Made by a program: the position numbers and the translations under genes. The notes beneath the pieces were generated by a model, which was given only the letters and a program-made list of their open reading frames with translations, was not told the DNA's origin and searched no databases. This document shows positions 24,797-32,915 of a stretch of 64,000 nucleotides of DNA, one piece after another (the first letter of the stretch is position 1; each line of letters starts with the position of its first letter). The stretch covers positions 33,484 to 97,483 of the forward strand of contig CAYMXS010000001.1 of NCBI GenBank assembly GCA_964394465.1. Direction: 5' to 3'. This stretch comes from an uncultured Thermoplasmata archaeon. GTDB lineage: Archaea; Thermoplasmatota; Thermoplasmata; Halarchaeoplasmatales; Halarchaeoplasmataceae.

Positions 24797-25146
24797 AGGT
24801 CAGGTGACCGAAGTAAGCCCCTTTCTGTTTTGCCGCAGTTCTACCCGCTAGACGACATTCACCTGCGCGTCCTACCTGCCGGTCGCGGAAAGCTCATCCC
24901 GGCGCGTTTGGACTTGCTCCAGTGAGGTAAGTGGCCGTTTCATCGTTCCCTTCAGTTCAGTGCTCGGTGGGTTGACTCACCCGCCTTGCGGCGGACTTCG
25001 CGCACCTCATAGCTCCCCGAAGGACGTGTCGTTTCTGCGCCCTGAAACCTGGACTCTCGCCCCACCGCCTTGCGACGGTCCACCTTTCCTGTGGAGAGGG
25101 GACTTTCCTCAGGATGATCCCGTCGGTCGTCCTCGGTCTCCTGACC
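24797..25146 (-). ncRNA. rnpB: RNase P RNA (archaeal type A-like)
   Basis: A GC-rich, ORF-poor ~350-nt segment. On the minus strand it contains GAGGAAAGTCC, the universal P4 5' strand, near the 5' end. AACAGAAAGGGGCTTAC, corresponding to the ACAGAANCCGGCUUA region, lies near the 3' end. There is also a GGGTGAGTCAACCCACC element. The 5' GGTCAGG pairs with the 3' CCTGACC as P1. Confidence 0.65.
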
Positions 25147-25244
25147 AGTATAAGCATCGACGCTGATAGATATAAAATTATTGCCCAAGATAAGGCAAAG
25201 GTTATTATCCTCTTTCAATATATGATAAGATAGGGAGAAAGAAG

Positions 25245-26072
25245 ATGAGGCGCACTCAAGAGATCCGCCTAAGAGAGGACAATTTAGAAGATATAGTTTG
25301 CTGCCCCGGTGGTGCGGAGGTGGAGGGCAAGGGCTTGAAGGGTGACCTTGACAAAACTGTAGAATGGCAGAGAGAGATGCTCGAGGAAGGGATGACCGGT
25401 TTTATATCCTACCTGGGAGACGAACCAAGAGGTTTTATAGAGTACATGCCGGCGGAGAAAGCGCCTTTTCCGATAGAGGGCCCTGAAGCCGCTGTCCTGA
25501 TGTGTTACCACTGGGTACGTTCAGGAAATGAAAAAGAGGAAAGTCATCTCGACCATGAAGAAAGACTGATAGAACTTGTCTTGGACGATGCCCGGGAAAG
25601 ATATGCCGGTATAGCTACCCTCGGATGGGATCATCCCGTACATTTTCCAACCGAGATGCTGCAGGACCTAGAGTTCGAGATGATCGATTCCGAAGAACAC
25701 CTCTCGGTAATGTGGCACGCCTTTGAAGAGGGGGCTGAAAAACCATCCTTGGTAGGACCGAGCTTCGAACCTAGAGATTTATCAGGGGAATCAAAACTAG
25801 CCGTTGACTCAGCCCACAGCAACCGGTGCCCATACAGTATAAACAACTCGAGAAAATTGAGGGATGTTTTAGAGGAGGTCGATAAACAACGTATAGAGCA
25901 TATAGAGCACGTTATAGATACGCATGAGGATGCCATAAAATACAGTGTTTCTCCGTGGAATTGGGAGTGGCTCTATCTCAATGGAGAAGATGTCCCGATG
26001 TTATTCACCAAGCCTGAAGAGTTGAAAGAGATAATAGAGAAGAGCCTAGAAGGTTTAGTCAGTGACCGGTAG
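25245..26072 (+). CDS. Hypothetical protein, 275 aa
   Basis: A long ORF with coding-like composition. No confident family assignment was possible. Confidence 0.4.
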   Translation: MRRTQEIRLREDNLEDIVCCPGGAEVEGKGLKGDLDKTVEWQREMLEEGMTGFISYLGDEPRGFIEYMPAEKAPFPIEGPEAAVLMCYHWVRSGNEKEESHLDHEERLIELVLDDARERYAGIATLGWDHPVHFPTEMLQDLEFEMIDSEEHLSVMWHAFEEGAEKPSLVGPSFEPRDLSGESKLAVDSAHSNRCPYSINNSRKLRDVLEEVDKQRIEHIEHVIDTHEDAIKYSVSPWNWEWLYLNGEDVPMLFTKPEELKEIIEKSLEGLVSDR

Positions 26073-26772
26073 GCGCTTCAACACCTTCGATAACCCATCG
26101 ACCGGAAGATGAATCGTAAAGGAACTTACCTTTGACCACGGCTGGATCGTCGTTCGTGATTGTGTAATCTTCACTGTAATCCCATCCCTTTATACTGCAG
26201 CTTAAGTAGTGATCGCCACCTTCTAGAGGTGATAGCTCGAATCTAGTGGTATTGTAATTACAGCTCAAATGGTGGACGTCGCCTCTAACTTTTACTTCCA
26301 TGTCTTCATACCACTCTGGATTTTCCAGTAGTGATGAGATAGGTGTGAAACTCGAATACGCTTTTTTAGTTATCTTCAGGTCCGAGATCCCGTTGACCTG
26401 GATGGTGTACTCCTCCTGGTACTCGCTCAACTGCCCAGTAACCAAGACCTCGGAACCGGACCTCAGTTTCTTCTTTTCCTCCAAAGGTAGGTTCTTGACC
26501 ACTTTGTCCTTAACCATCACATCTATGGAGGAAGTGGAGAACTGTTCTCTCAGCACTAAAAAGTAAGTGTCCTGATACTTATCTAACTCGGTTATGAATC
26601 CTCTAGTCTTGATGGATGTTCCCAGCATATTGGAGTCAATGTCAGATATCTCTATCTCTTTCGCGTCCTGCCGTGCGGTATAAACGTACAGAGAGGACGT
26701 TCCTATCAAAGAGACGACCACACATATCAGAAGTATCTTGTTCTTCTTGTTCTCACCCAATATATCCAGCAT
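26059..26772 (-). CDS. Membrane-anchored hypothetical protein (N-terminal TM helix plus a beta-rich extracytoplasmic domain)
   Basis: 237 aa. The TM helix is KILLICVVVSLIGTSSLYVY, followed by a soluble, probably OB/beta-sandwich-like domain. It ends 5 nt from orc1. Confidence 0.4.
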   Translation of the reverse strand: MLDILGENKKNKILLICVVVSLIGTSSLYVYTARQDAKEIEISDIDSNMLGTSIKTRGFITELDKYQDTYFLVLREQFSTSSIDVMVKDKVVKNLPLEEKKKLRSGSEVLVTGQLSEYQEEYTIQVNGISDLKITKKAYSSFTPISSLLENPEWYEDMEVKVRGDVHHLSCNYNTTRFELSPLEGGDHYLSCSIKGWDYSEDYTITNDDPAVVKGKFLYDSSSGRWVIEGVEAPTGH

Positions 26773-26777
26773 CTTAT

Positions 26778-27947
26778 CTATCCTATGAATTCAGTCAGTT
26801 TCTCCTCCAAGACCTCGGCGGGTATATCCGCCAGGGATACTTTGGTCGTTCTTCCAGAACCGTCCGATATCGTTTTGGTATCCAAGAGCCCTTCGTCGGC
26901 TAGAGTCTTGATATACTTCCAGAACTGTGTATGCCCCAGCTTCTTCTTCTCGTACTCCTCGCATATAATATTATACGTTTCTTCTATCTCCCCTGTCTGA
27001 GTATAGGACTGCTTCTTCAGTTTTCGAGTGGAAGCCAGAAGGATCAGTCTCTCCTGCTCGTTCAGTTTCTTCAATTTACGTTCCGTCATATAGGGGTCAA
27101 CTTCGGCCTTGGCCGATCTAACATCTTCTGGCTTTATCTGGTCCCGGCCGTCCATCTCTGCTATCAGTCCCGCTTTTTCTAAAAGTTCAATGCCGAACCT
27201 GGCGTCCCCTTTTCTTCCAGATATATCGGCTAGAAGAGACAGCTCGCTATCCTGGATGGCGCCCGGATAAAGAGCCATCTCTGCCCTCTGCTCCAGGATG
27301 GGATACATCTCTTCAGGATTGTATTTAGGAAACTTGATCCTGTTGCTCCTTTTAAAGGAACTCAGGGCGCTCTCATCCAGCAGTTCGAAGGCGTTCTTCT
27401 GTGAGATCAGGAACAGGGAAACGCTTCCCTGAGGTGCTACACCTTCCTCGTCGAATCTAGAGAGTAAGTAGATCAGTTCCGACCCTTCCTTCTGTATGAG
27501 GGCATCGGCTTCATCTAAAACTACGATAAGATGTGTGTTCCTCTCCTTTATCTTGCTGTCTAGGGTCTTCATCATCTCGTCCACGGAGAAGCCCCTGTCC
27601 GGAAAGCCCTTATCGAAGTGATGCACTATCTTCCACATGGCGGCGCTGTTGTTGTTCCTCCTTCGACAGTTCACCAAAACGTGGTCCAGGGCCTGTCCCT
27701 TCTCCTTTGCCCACTTCTTGAAGTCCATGCAGAAACGTTTGGCCGTTGCAGTCTTTCCTGTGCCTACGGGCCCGTGGAGGAAGACGTTCTGCGAGATCTC
27801 GGAATCCAGCACGCCCCTGTAGAGTCCGAACAGCTCGTTCATCTGCTCGTCCCGGTTTGGCAGTTCGTCTGGAACGTAATCGAATGACAGTTTCTTTCGA
27901 TTTTTTATGACTCGGCTAGCGCTGTCTCTAAAGCTCATCTTAACCAC
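26778..27947 (-). CDS. cdc6: Orc1/Cdc6 replication initiator (AAA+ plus a C-terminal winged helix)
   Basis: 389 aa. The N-terminal motif is YVPDELPNRDEQMNEL. LFLHGPVGTGKTA is Walker A and IVVLDEAD is Walker B. A C-terminal wH domain is present. Confidence 0.9.
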   Translation of the reverse strand: MVKMSFRDSASRVIKNRKKLSFDYVPDELPNRDEQMNELFGLYRGVLDSEISQNVFLHGPVGTGKTATAKRFCMDFKKWAKEKGQALDHVLVNCRRRNNNSAAMWKIVHHFDKGFPDRGFSVDEMMKTLDSKIKERNTHLIVVLDEADALIQKEGSELIYLLSRFDEEGVAPQGSVSLFLISQKNAFELLDESALSSFKRSNRIKFPKYNPEEMYPILEQRAEMALYPGAIQDSELSLLADISGRKGDARFGIELLEKAGLIAEMDGRDQIKPEDVRSAKAEVDPYMTERKLKKLNEQERLILLASTRKLKKQSYTQTGEIEETYNIICEEYEKKKLGHTQFWKYIKTLADEGLLDTKTISDGSGRTTKVSLADIPAEVLEEKLTEFIG

Positions 27948-27957
27948 TCCTATCGGC

Positions 27958-28947
27958 TCACTCTATATCTAACTTCGCCCCGCAGTTTTCGCAGGTCTCG
28001 GCCGTGATCGGATTGTGCTCTTTACACACAGGACATTCCTTCTTTTCTATATCCTTGTCCTCTTCGTTTTCTTCTTCTGATCCCTCCACCAGGACCGCTT
28101 CTTCTATCACAGCCTCCTCTTCTTCATCTATCGTTTTCTTATGGTATTCTTCTTCCTCTGCGTCCTCTCCTATCGGTACCACTCCATCCTTGATCTCTGC
28201 ATTCTGGGCTCTCCTGAGTATTCCCCCATACTCTACGGAACCTTCGACTTTTACATCCTCATCTAACCACACATCTCTTTCACATGTTATATCTTCGGTC
28301 CTGGATCCGCTTTTGATGTGTATCTTGTCCTCGCCCATGATCTCCTTTGCAAGAACGTTCTCTTCTAGGTGGACTTCCCCCCCCTCTATAGCGCCTTGGA
28401 CCTCACTTTTGGTCCCTATATTCACGATACCTTCCTCGCTGATCACCTCCCCTTCTATTTTCACCTCTTTCTGGATATCCACATCTCCTACAGCAGATAT
28501 CGAGCCCTTGATCACGTCCTTTCGTCCGATCTTTACATCTCTAGAGGATCTTATGTCTCCCTGTACGACCATGTTCTCGCTCAGTTCTATGTCGCCTTTG
28601 GAGGATATCACTGTTACATTTTTCACTTCAGTTTTTACCTTTTCGAGCAGTATCTCGTTCTCTTCGTTCAACTCCTCTATCTCCCCTTTCAGTTCCTTCT
28701 TTTCCCTTTCCAGCTTATTGATCGCTTCTGTCTGAGAGTTCTCTTCCTTGTTTCCTCCCCCTCTCCCTTCGAGGAGTTCTTCCTGCCTCTTTAAAAGCCT
28801 TCGATTCTCCTTCTCTAACTCATTTATTTTCTCTTTAAGCTCCTTCTTCTCCTCCTTCAGGCTCTTGACCTGTTTGAGGTAGCTTTTGATCTTATTCTGG
28901 ATGTATTCCTTCTTGTCCTCTTCAGTGTTTCCTTCCATCGATTCCAC
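27958..28947 (-). CDS. Coiled-coil protein with a bactofilin-like (polymer-forming beta-helical) central domain, an acidic tail and a C-terminal zinc ribbon
   Basis: 329 aa. Roughly 110 aa of K/E-rich heptads come first. Then V..G.I/V repeats follow, for example VISSKGDIELSENMVVQGDIRSSRDVKIG..VIKGSISAVGDVDIQKEVKIEGEV. The C-terminus has EEEE...CPVCKEH...CENCGAKL. It lies 10 nt upstream of orc1. Confidence 0.55.
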   Translation of the reverse strand: MESMEGNTEEDKKEYIQNKIKSYLKQVKSLKEEKKELKEKINELEKENRRLLKRQEELLEGRGGGNKEENSQTEAINKLEREKKELKGEIEELNEENEILLEKVKTEVKNVTVISSKGDIELSENMVVQGDIRSSRDVKIGRKDVIKGSISAVGDVDIQKEVKIEGEVISEEGIVNIGTKSEVQGAIEGGEVHLEENVLAKEIMGEDKIHIKSGSRTEDITCERDVWLDEDVKVEGSVEYGGILRRAQNAEIKDGVVPIGEDAEEEEYHKKTIDEEEEAVIEEAVLVEGSEEENEEDKDIEKKECPVCKEHNPITAETCENCGAKLDIE

Positions 28948-29010
28948 TCGGTTTCGCTGCTCTAATTATATCTCAAGCTATATAAGACTTTATAAGAATT
29001 ATCCAGTATC

Positions 29011-29640
29011 TCAACCGTTCTGGATATTCTCTATTATGCCCTCCATCCTTTCCACCTCGAGTATGCAGAAAAGGTCTCCCCGTTTGGACAACCTTTTGAT
29101 GTTCTTAGCCATGACCTCTTCGCGGTGCTCCTCCAGTTTCTGGAAACCCTTCAGTTTGTTTATCAGGTTGTCCCACTCCATGGCGAACTCTCTTGAGTTT
29201 TCGGCATCGATGCTTCTCTTACCCAGTCTTTTCTCCCTGAACGACTGCCTCAGCCACTGTACGCCGGTCACGTGGTCACAGTAGGCCATGGTGTAATGCT
29301 CCTCGTCCATGTCAACCCCTTCGATCTCCTTGTCGTTCTCCCTGCAGTATCTGAGGAAGAAAATGTAAGACGGAGGCGGTAGACTGACCTCGCCGAAACG
29401 CTCCAGATTTTCCGCGTAGATCCTCTCCGGAGTGCTCGGCTGTATGTCCACATCCTTCGAATCGTCGTCTAGAAGCTGTTTCAACCCGTCCAGTTCCTCT
29501 CCCGATATCGGTAAAGTGCCGACTTTAAAATCGTGGTCCAACTTTTCGAGTTTTGATTCCACCCTCTCGGCTTCGGAAGTCAGTCCTTTAACCACGCCCA
29601 TCAGAAAGACCCTGGAACCGTTCAAGTTCAACTCTTTCAA
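29011..29640 (-). CDS. Hypothetical protein, 209 aa
   Basis: A coding-like ORF. Its start overlaps the stop of the upstream regulator gene. No confident family was assigned. Confidence 0.4.
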   Translation of the reverse strand: MKELNLNGSRVFLMGVVKGLTSEAERVESKLEKLDHDFKVGTLPISGEELDGLKQLLDDDSKDVDIQPSTPERIYAENLERFGEVSLPPPSYIFFLRYCRENDKEIEGVDMDEEHYTMAYCDHVTGVQWLRQSFREKRLGKRSIDAENSREFAMEWDNLINKLKGFQKLEEHREEVMAKNIKRLSKRGDLFCILEVERMEGIIENIQNG

Positions 29641-29641
29641 T

Positions 29642-30601
29642 CTATTTTGCCTCCTTCCTTTCCATGAGTATCTTCACGATCTCCTCCCTGTCATCTATTT
29701 TCTTCAGCTCGTCCTTGTCTATCAACGGGATCCCCTCTATGTTTGTATGGATGTACCTCTTCCGTATGAATATGACCGACTCTTTTTCGGTTATATCTGA
29801 AAGGCTGGACACTACTTTAGCCTTCTTCTTTATGTTCTGGTTGTCCTCCGAGGTTATGCCGCTCAGCATTATCCTGTCCTCTGCGTCGTCTGCCGTCACG
29901 GCCTCGAAGGGACATCTCTGTGTTGGAACTATCCTGTAGCCCATGGACTGGAGACAGTCGAAGACCAACTTTTCCAAGCCGGAGAACCCGTCCAGGGATG
30001 CTGAAGGCTTTTCTTCTTCCTCCTCTTTATGTTCCAACGGATTCAATGGCAGTATCAGGTCCTCCCCCAGGAACTCTTCCAGTTCCACCGCGACTTCAAG
30101 GTCTGCTCCCATACCCTTCTCGTACTTCTGTATGGACTTTCTAGAGACCCCGGCCACATCGGCCAACTTACGGAGCGATATCTTCCTCTCCTTCCTCGCC
30201 TGCTTGAGCAGCTCCGAGTCCATCTGGACGTAGAAGCCTCCCGGTGCCGAAAACACGTAGGGAGGAACGCCCTCCAGCATCATGTCTTCCAGGGTCCCTA
30301 TGGACAGTAATGGTATGCCTCTCCTGGAGTAGACCACGCCTCTTTCAAGCTCCCTTCTCCCCCCGTACTTCGCTATGTATAGTGGTGAAGCGTCCAGCGT
30401 ATCACTCAGGACCTTCAGACCTCTCGTGTTCTCCTCTCTCGTGCTGTCTGCATTTAAAACGGCACGGATGATGATCAGGTCTTCGTCTTTCCTGGCTATC
30501 AGATCGAAGGCGATGCCGCTCTCCCGATACGTGTCCGTTGTATAGAACCCGGCCTTCGTCAGGATTTCCTGAGCTTCCTGTATCAACTTTAATCTGTGCA
30601 T
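29642..30601 (-). CDS. Archaeal transcriptional regulator with a central HTH_XRE domain (COG1395/K07728-like architecture)
   Basis: 319 aa. The central LKQARKERKISLRKLADVAGVSRKSIQKYEKG is a Cro/C1-type HTH, flanked by N- and C-terminal domains. Confidence 0.6.
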   Translation of the reverse strand: MHRLKLIQEAQEILTKAGFYTTDTYRESGIAFDLIARKDEDLIIIRAVLNADSTREENTRGLKVLSDTLDASPLYIAKYGGRRELERGVVYSRRGIPLLSIGTLEDMMLEGVPPYVFSAPGGFYVQMDSELLKQARKERKISLRKLADVAGVSRKSIQKYEKGMGADLEVAVELEEFLGEDLILPLNPLEHKEEEEEKPSASLDGFSGLEKLVFDCLQSMGYRIVPTQRCPFEAVTADDAEDRIMLSGITSEDNQNIKKKAKVVSSLSDITEKESVIFIRKRYIHTNIEGIPLIDKDELKKIDDREEIVKILMERKEAK

Positions 30602-30660
30602 CTATAATTTAATTCATTGAGGTTCTATATAAGAATAACGGTCCTTTGGGGTTAAAACGC

Positions 30661-31323
30661 TCATATCCGGGTGCAGCCCCGCTTCAACCACTGCCATACT
30701 GCTCTTCGGACGTAGAAGAACGTTTGAGTCAGGGTCCTGCTGACACCTCCGACGTGGGTGTTCTTCCTCTCTATCTCTTTTATGGCCTCCTCCCAGGAGT
30801 CTACCTTTTCGAAGATGGTGTAGGATTTTCCAACGGTTTTCAGCCGGTGGCTGTCGCTCCCGCCCACCACGGGCAGGTCTAAACTATCTGCGAGTTTCTG
30901 GGCCATCCTGTTCTTCCGGGGCCAGGTCCTGCCGTTCATGCCCTCGATGGAGTCCCAGTGGTTGTCCAGTACGTTATCTTTGCCTATCCCGGACCAGAAC
31001 CTGAACGGGTGCACCGCTACTGCTAAACCTCCATGCTCCCTTATGGTCTCCACCGCGCTCTCTATGTCTTCCTGCCTTCCGATCTCCTCCTGAAGGCCCA
31101 GAGCGCCTACATGGCCTGCAGGAGTACTGACCTCTATACCGGGAACGAGGATCAGGTCCATATCTTCAGCTATCTTCCTCGCTTCCTTGTAGCCGGATAA
31201 GGTGTTGTGGTCCAGGAATGCCAGGCCGGCCAGATCTCTTTCTCTCGCTGCCTTCAGTATGTCCTTGGCCGAGGACTTCGAATCCCCCGAGTGCTTGGAA
31301 TGTATATGCAGGTCGAACTTCAT
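30661..31323 (-). CDS. PHP-domain metal-dependent phosphoesterase
   Basis: 220 aa. The PHP motifs are MKFDLHIHSKHSGD...LAFLDHN...GIEVS...AHP. Confidence 0.7.
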   Translation of the reverse strand: MKFDLHIHSKHSGDSKSSAKDILKAARERDLAGLAFLDHNTLSGYKEARKIAEDMDLILVPGIEVSTPAGHVGALGLQEEIGRQEDIESAVETIREHGGLAVAVHPFRFWSGIGKDNVLDNHWDSIEGMNGRTWPRKNRMAQKLADSLDLPVVGGSDSHRLKTVGKSYTIFEKVDSWEEAIKEIERKNTHVGGVSRTLTQTFFYVRRAVWQWLKRGCTRI

Positions 31324-31886
31324 CGCAATTCATCCCTGATGAGTTCCTTCATGTCTTCGTTTTCAGTGCTTTTCTCTAATAAGCTTTCTATCTTTTTCGT
31401 TAATAGTCTTTTCTGTCTCTCATCAGCCAAGGGTAATCTCGTCGCGTGCACCATCGCGTTTAGAAGGGGGTCCTCTCTGCTTAGACCTTTTTCCTCACCC
31501 CTTTCCTCCAGTATTTCTCCCCTGATCCTTTTGATCCTCGCCTCTCCGTACTCGTCCTTTTCGTGAGTCTCCTCCTGGTCGATGACCTCACAGAAGTAGG
31601 TCTTGGTGGCGTGCTTCGGGAAGAAGTATCCCTCGCTCTTTTGAAGTTCGTCTTTATCCAGTTCTGAATAACCGGTTCTGTTGTGCCCGGTCAAGGCAGC
31701 TTTGTAGAACAGTTCGTGAGAACAGCTCAGAGAGAAGGTGAATCTCGATCCAACGGATAGATTCTCAGCGGTGTCACAGGGCCGGTAGACCCTCAGCGTT
31801 ATGCTCTTGCCTTCCAAATCTCCTCCCATGGCCGCCGCGTTAAGGAATTCATCCCAGGAGACCACTATCCCCTCGTGATAGGTCAT
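31320..31886 (-). CDS. Hypothetical protein (DUF447-like; possibly a flavin-binding split-barrel-type fold)
   Basis: 188 aa. It overlaps the PHP gene start by 4 nt (ATGA). The family assignment rests on weak recollection. Confidence 0.35.
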   Translation of the reverse strand: MTYHEGIVVSWDEFLNAAAMGGDLEGKSITLRVYRPCDTAENLSVGSRFTFSLSCSHELFYKAALTGHNRTGYSELDKDELQKSEGYFFPKHATKTYFCEVIDQEETHEKDEYGEARIKRIRGEILEERGEEKGLSREDPLLNAMVHATRLPLADERQKRLLTKKIESLLEKSTENEDMKELIRDELR

Positions 31887-31931
31887 GCTGAGACCGTCCT
31901 ATCTTCTCGAGATGATGCTAAAGGGAAAAAT

Positions 31932-32363
31932 TCAGGCCACTTCCATACCGCCCTTCACCTGTTGGCCCTCACCCTCTTCACCGGGGAGGTTTACTTGTGG
32001 TAAGGGTATCGGCGGCGGGAGCTGGAGGTCCCTTGCTATTATAACGGCCTGGGGGATGCAGTTGTTTATTATGGTCGAATGTACCTCTTTGGCTATCTCG
32101 TTGGGCATCTGGTCCTTCTTCCTCCATTTCTTCGCTAGGTTCGGGTCTCCCCCTACGTGAAGTATCTGACCCTCGAGCTTTATGATACCCAGACCGGAGT
32201 AATTCGCTGTAAATCTGAAGTGTATCTCGTTCTTTTTCTTGTCCAACTTCTTTATCTTGGTGACCGAGCTGTTGTGGTCTATGCGCACGTTCTGCTGCTG
32301 TCCATCCGCATCACTGAACCTCTCTCCTTCGATTGAGTTCAATTTGAAGTTCTTTATCGGCAT
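31932..32363 (-). CDS. Hypothetical protein, 143 aa
   Basis: An ORF with a K-rich middle and a proline-rich C-terminus. No family was assigned. Confidence 0.35.
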   Translation of the reverse strand: MPIKNFKLNSIEGERFSDADGQQQNVRIDHNSSVTKIKKLDKKKNEIHFRFTANYSGLGIIKLEGQILHVGGDPNLAKKWRKKDQMPNEIAKEVHSTIINNCIPQAVIIARDLQLPPPIPLPQVNLPGEEGEGQQVKGGMEVA

Positions 32364-32471
32364 GGAAGGGAACTACGAGAGGAGCCTTTATAACTTTTTT
32401 GTGAGTTTTGGTCACCCGCCTTTTACCGCGTAGAAAAGGTTATATACGATATAGTTTCATCCGAAACTAAT

Positions 32472-32915
32472 ATGGGAAACGCCTTCTCAGTTCACCGACT
32501 ACTCAACATGGTCCACAAGAGGACGCTCAAGAAGTTCAGGCATAAACTGGAGCCATACGAGTTTACCAGGGGGGAGTTCCCCTTCCTGCTCCATCTACTG
32601 AGGGAGGGGGACGGCGTGACCCAGAAGGATATATGCGAAAGGATTCCTATATCGAAGGGCACCACGTCCAAGATGATAAACAATCTGGTCGATAAGGGAT
32701 ACCTGAGGAAGGAAAGGGACCAGGAAGATAGGAGGGCAACAAGGATATACCTGACTGAGAAGAAAGAGGAGCTAGAGGGTCTGATACAGGATATAGATAG
32801 GGAAGCGGAGGAGACCCTGCTGAGGGGATTCGATGAGGGTGAAAAGAAGGAACTGCATGGATATCTCGAACGTATATTGAAGAACCTAGAGGGAGAGAAC
32901 GGCCAAAATGCATGA
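32472..32915 (+). CDS. MarR-family transcriptional regulator
   Basis: 147 aa. The wHTH is GEFPFLLHLLREGDGVTQKDICERIPISKGTTSKMINNLVDKGYLRKERDQEDRRATRIYLT. Confidence 0.8.
   Translation: MGNAFSVHRLLNMVHKRTLKKFRHKLEPYEFTRGEFPFLLHLLREGDGVTQKDICERIPISKGTTSKMINNLVDKGYLRKERDQEDRRATRIYLTEKKEELEGLIQDIDREAEETLLRGFDEGEKKELHGYLERILKNLEGENGQNA

Noticed and set aside
24952-25218. Three overlapping 66-88-aa ORFs on both strands (24952-25218 -, 24957-25157 -, 24960-25166 +)
   Set aside because: They lie entirely within the GC-rich structured region that carries RNase P RNA landmarks. They overlap each other in different frames and encode Arg/Pro-rich low-complexity peptides, so they are almost certainly non-coding.
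28004-28794. 243-aa and 141-aa plus-strand ORFs antisense to the bactofilin-like gene
   Set aside because: They are Ser/Phe-rich low-complexity translations of the antisense of a K/E-rich coiled-coil gene. This is a typical shadow-ORF artefact.
26773-28957. Replication origin (ORB repeats) adjacent to orc1/cdc6
   Set aside because: orc1 is flanked by only 5 nt and 10 nt of intergenic sequence. No AT-rich repeat-bearing region exists on either side.
24155-30601. Integrated mobile element inserted at tRNA-Glu, given the tRNA 3'-end duplication and the downstream Orc1 paralogue
   Set aside because: No integrase, recombinase or transposase ORF lies anywhere between the tRNA and the next housekeeping genes. 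The duplicated tRNA segment is only 120 nt away. The interval contains the essential RNase P RNA candidate. At most a decayed scar remains.
30661-31323. RNase P protein subunit Rpp30 (PHP-like TIM barrel) near the RNase P RNA
   Set aside because: The protein carries the full metal-binding HxH...H...H motifs of catalytic PHP phosphoesterases, which Rpp30 lacks, and it lies 5.5 kb from the RNA. It was called a generic PHP phosphoesterase.
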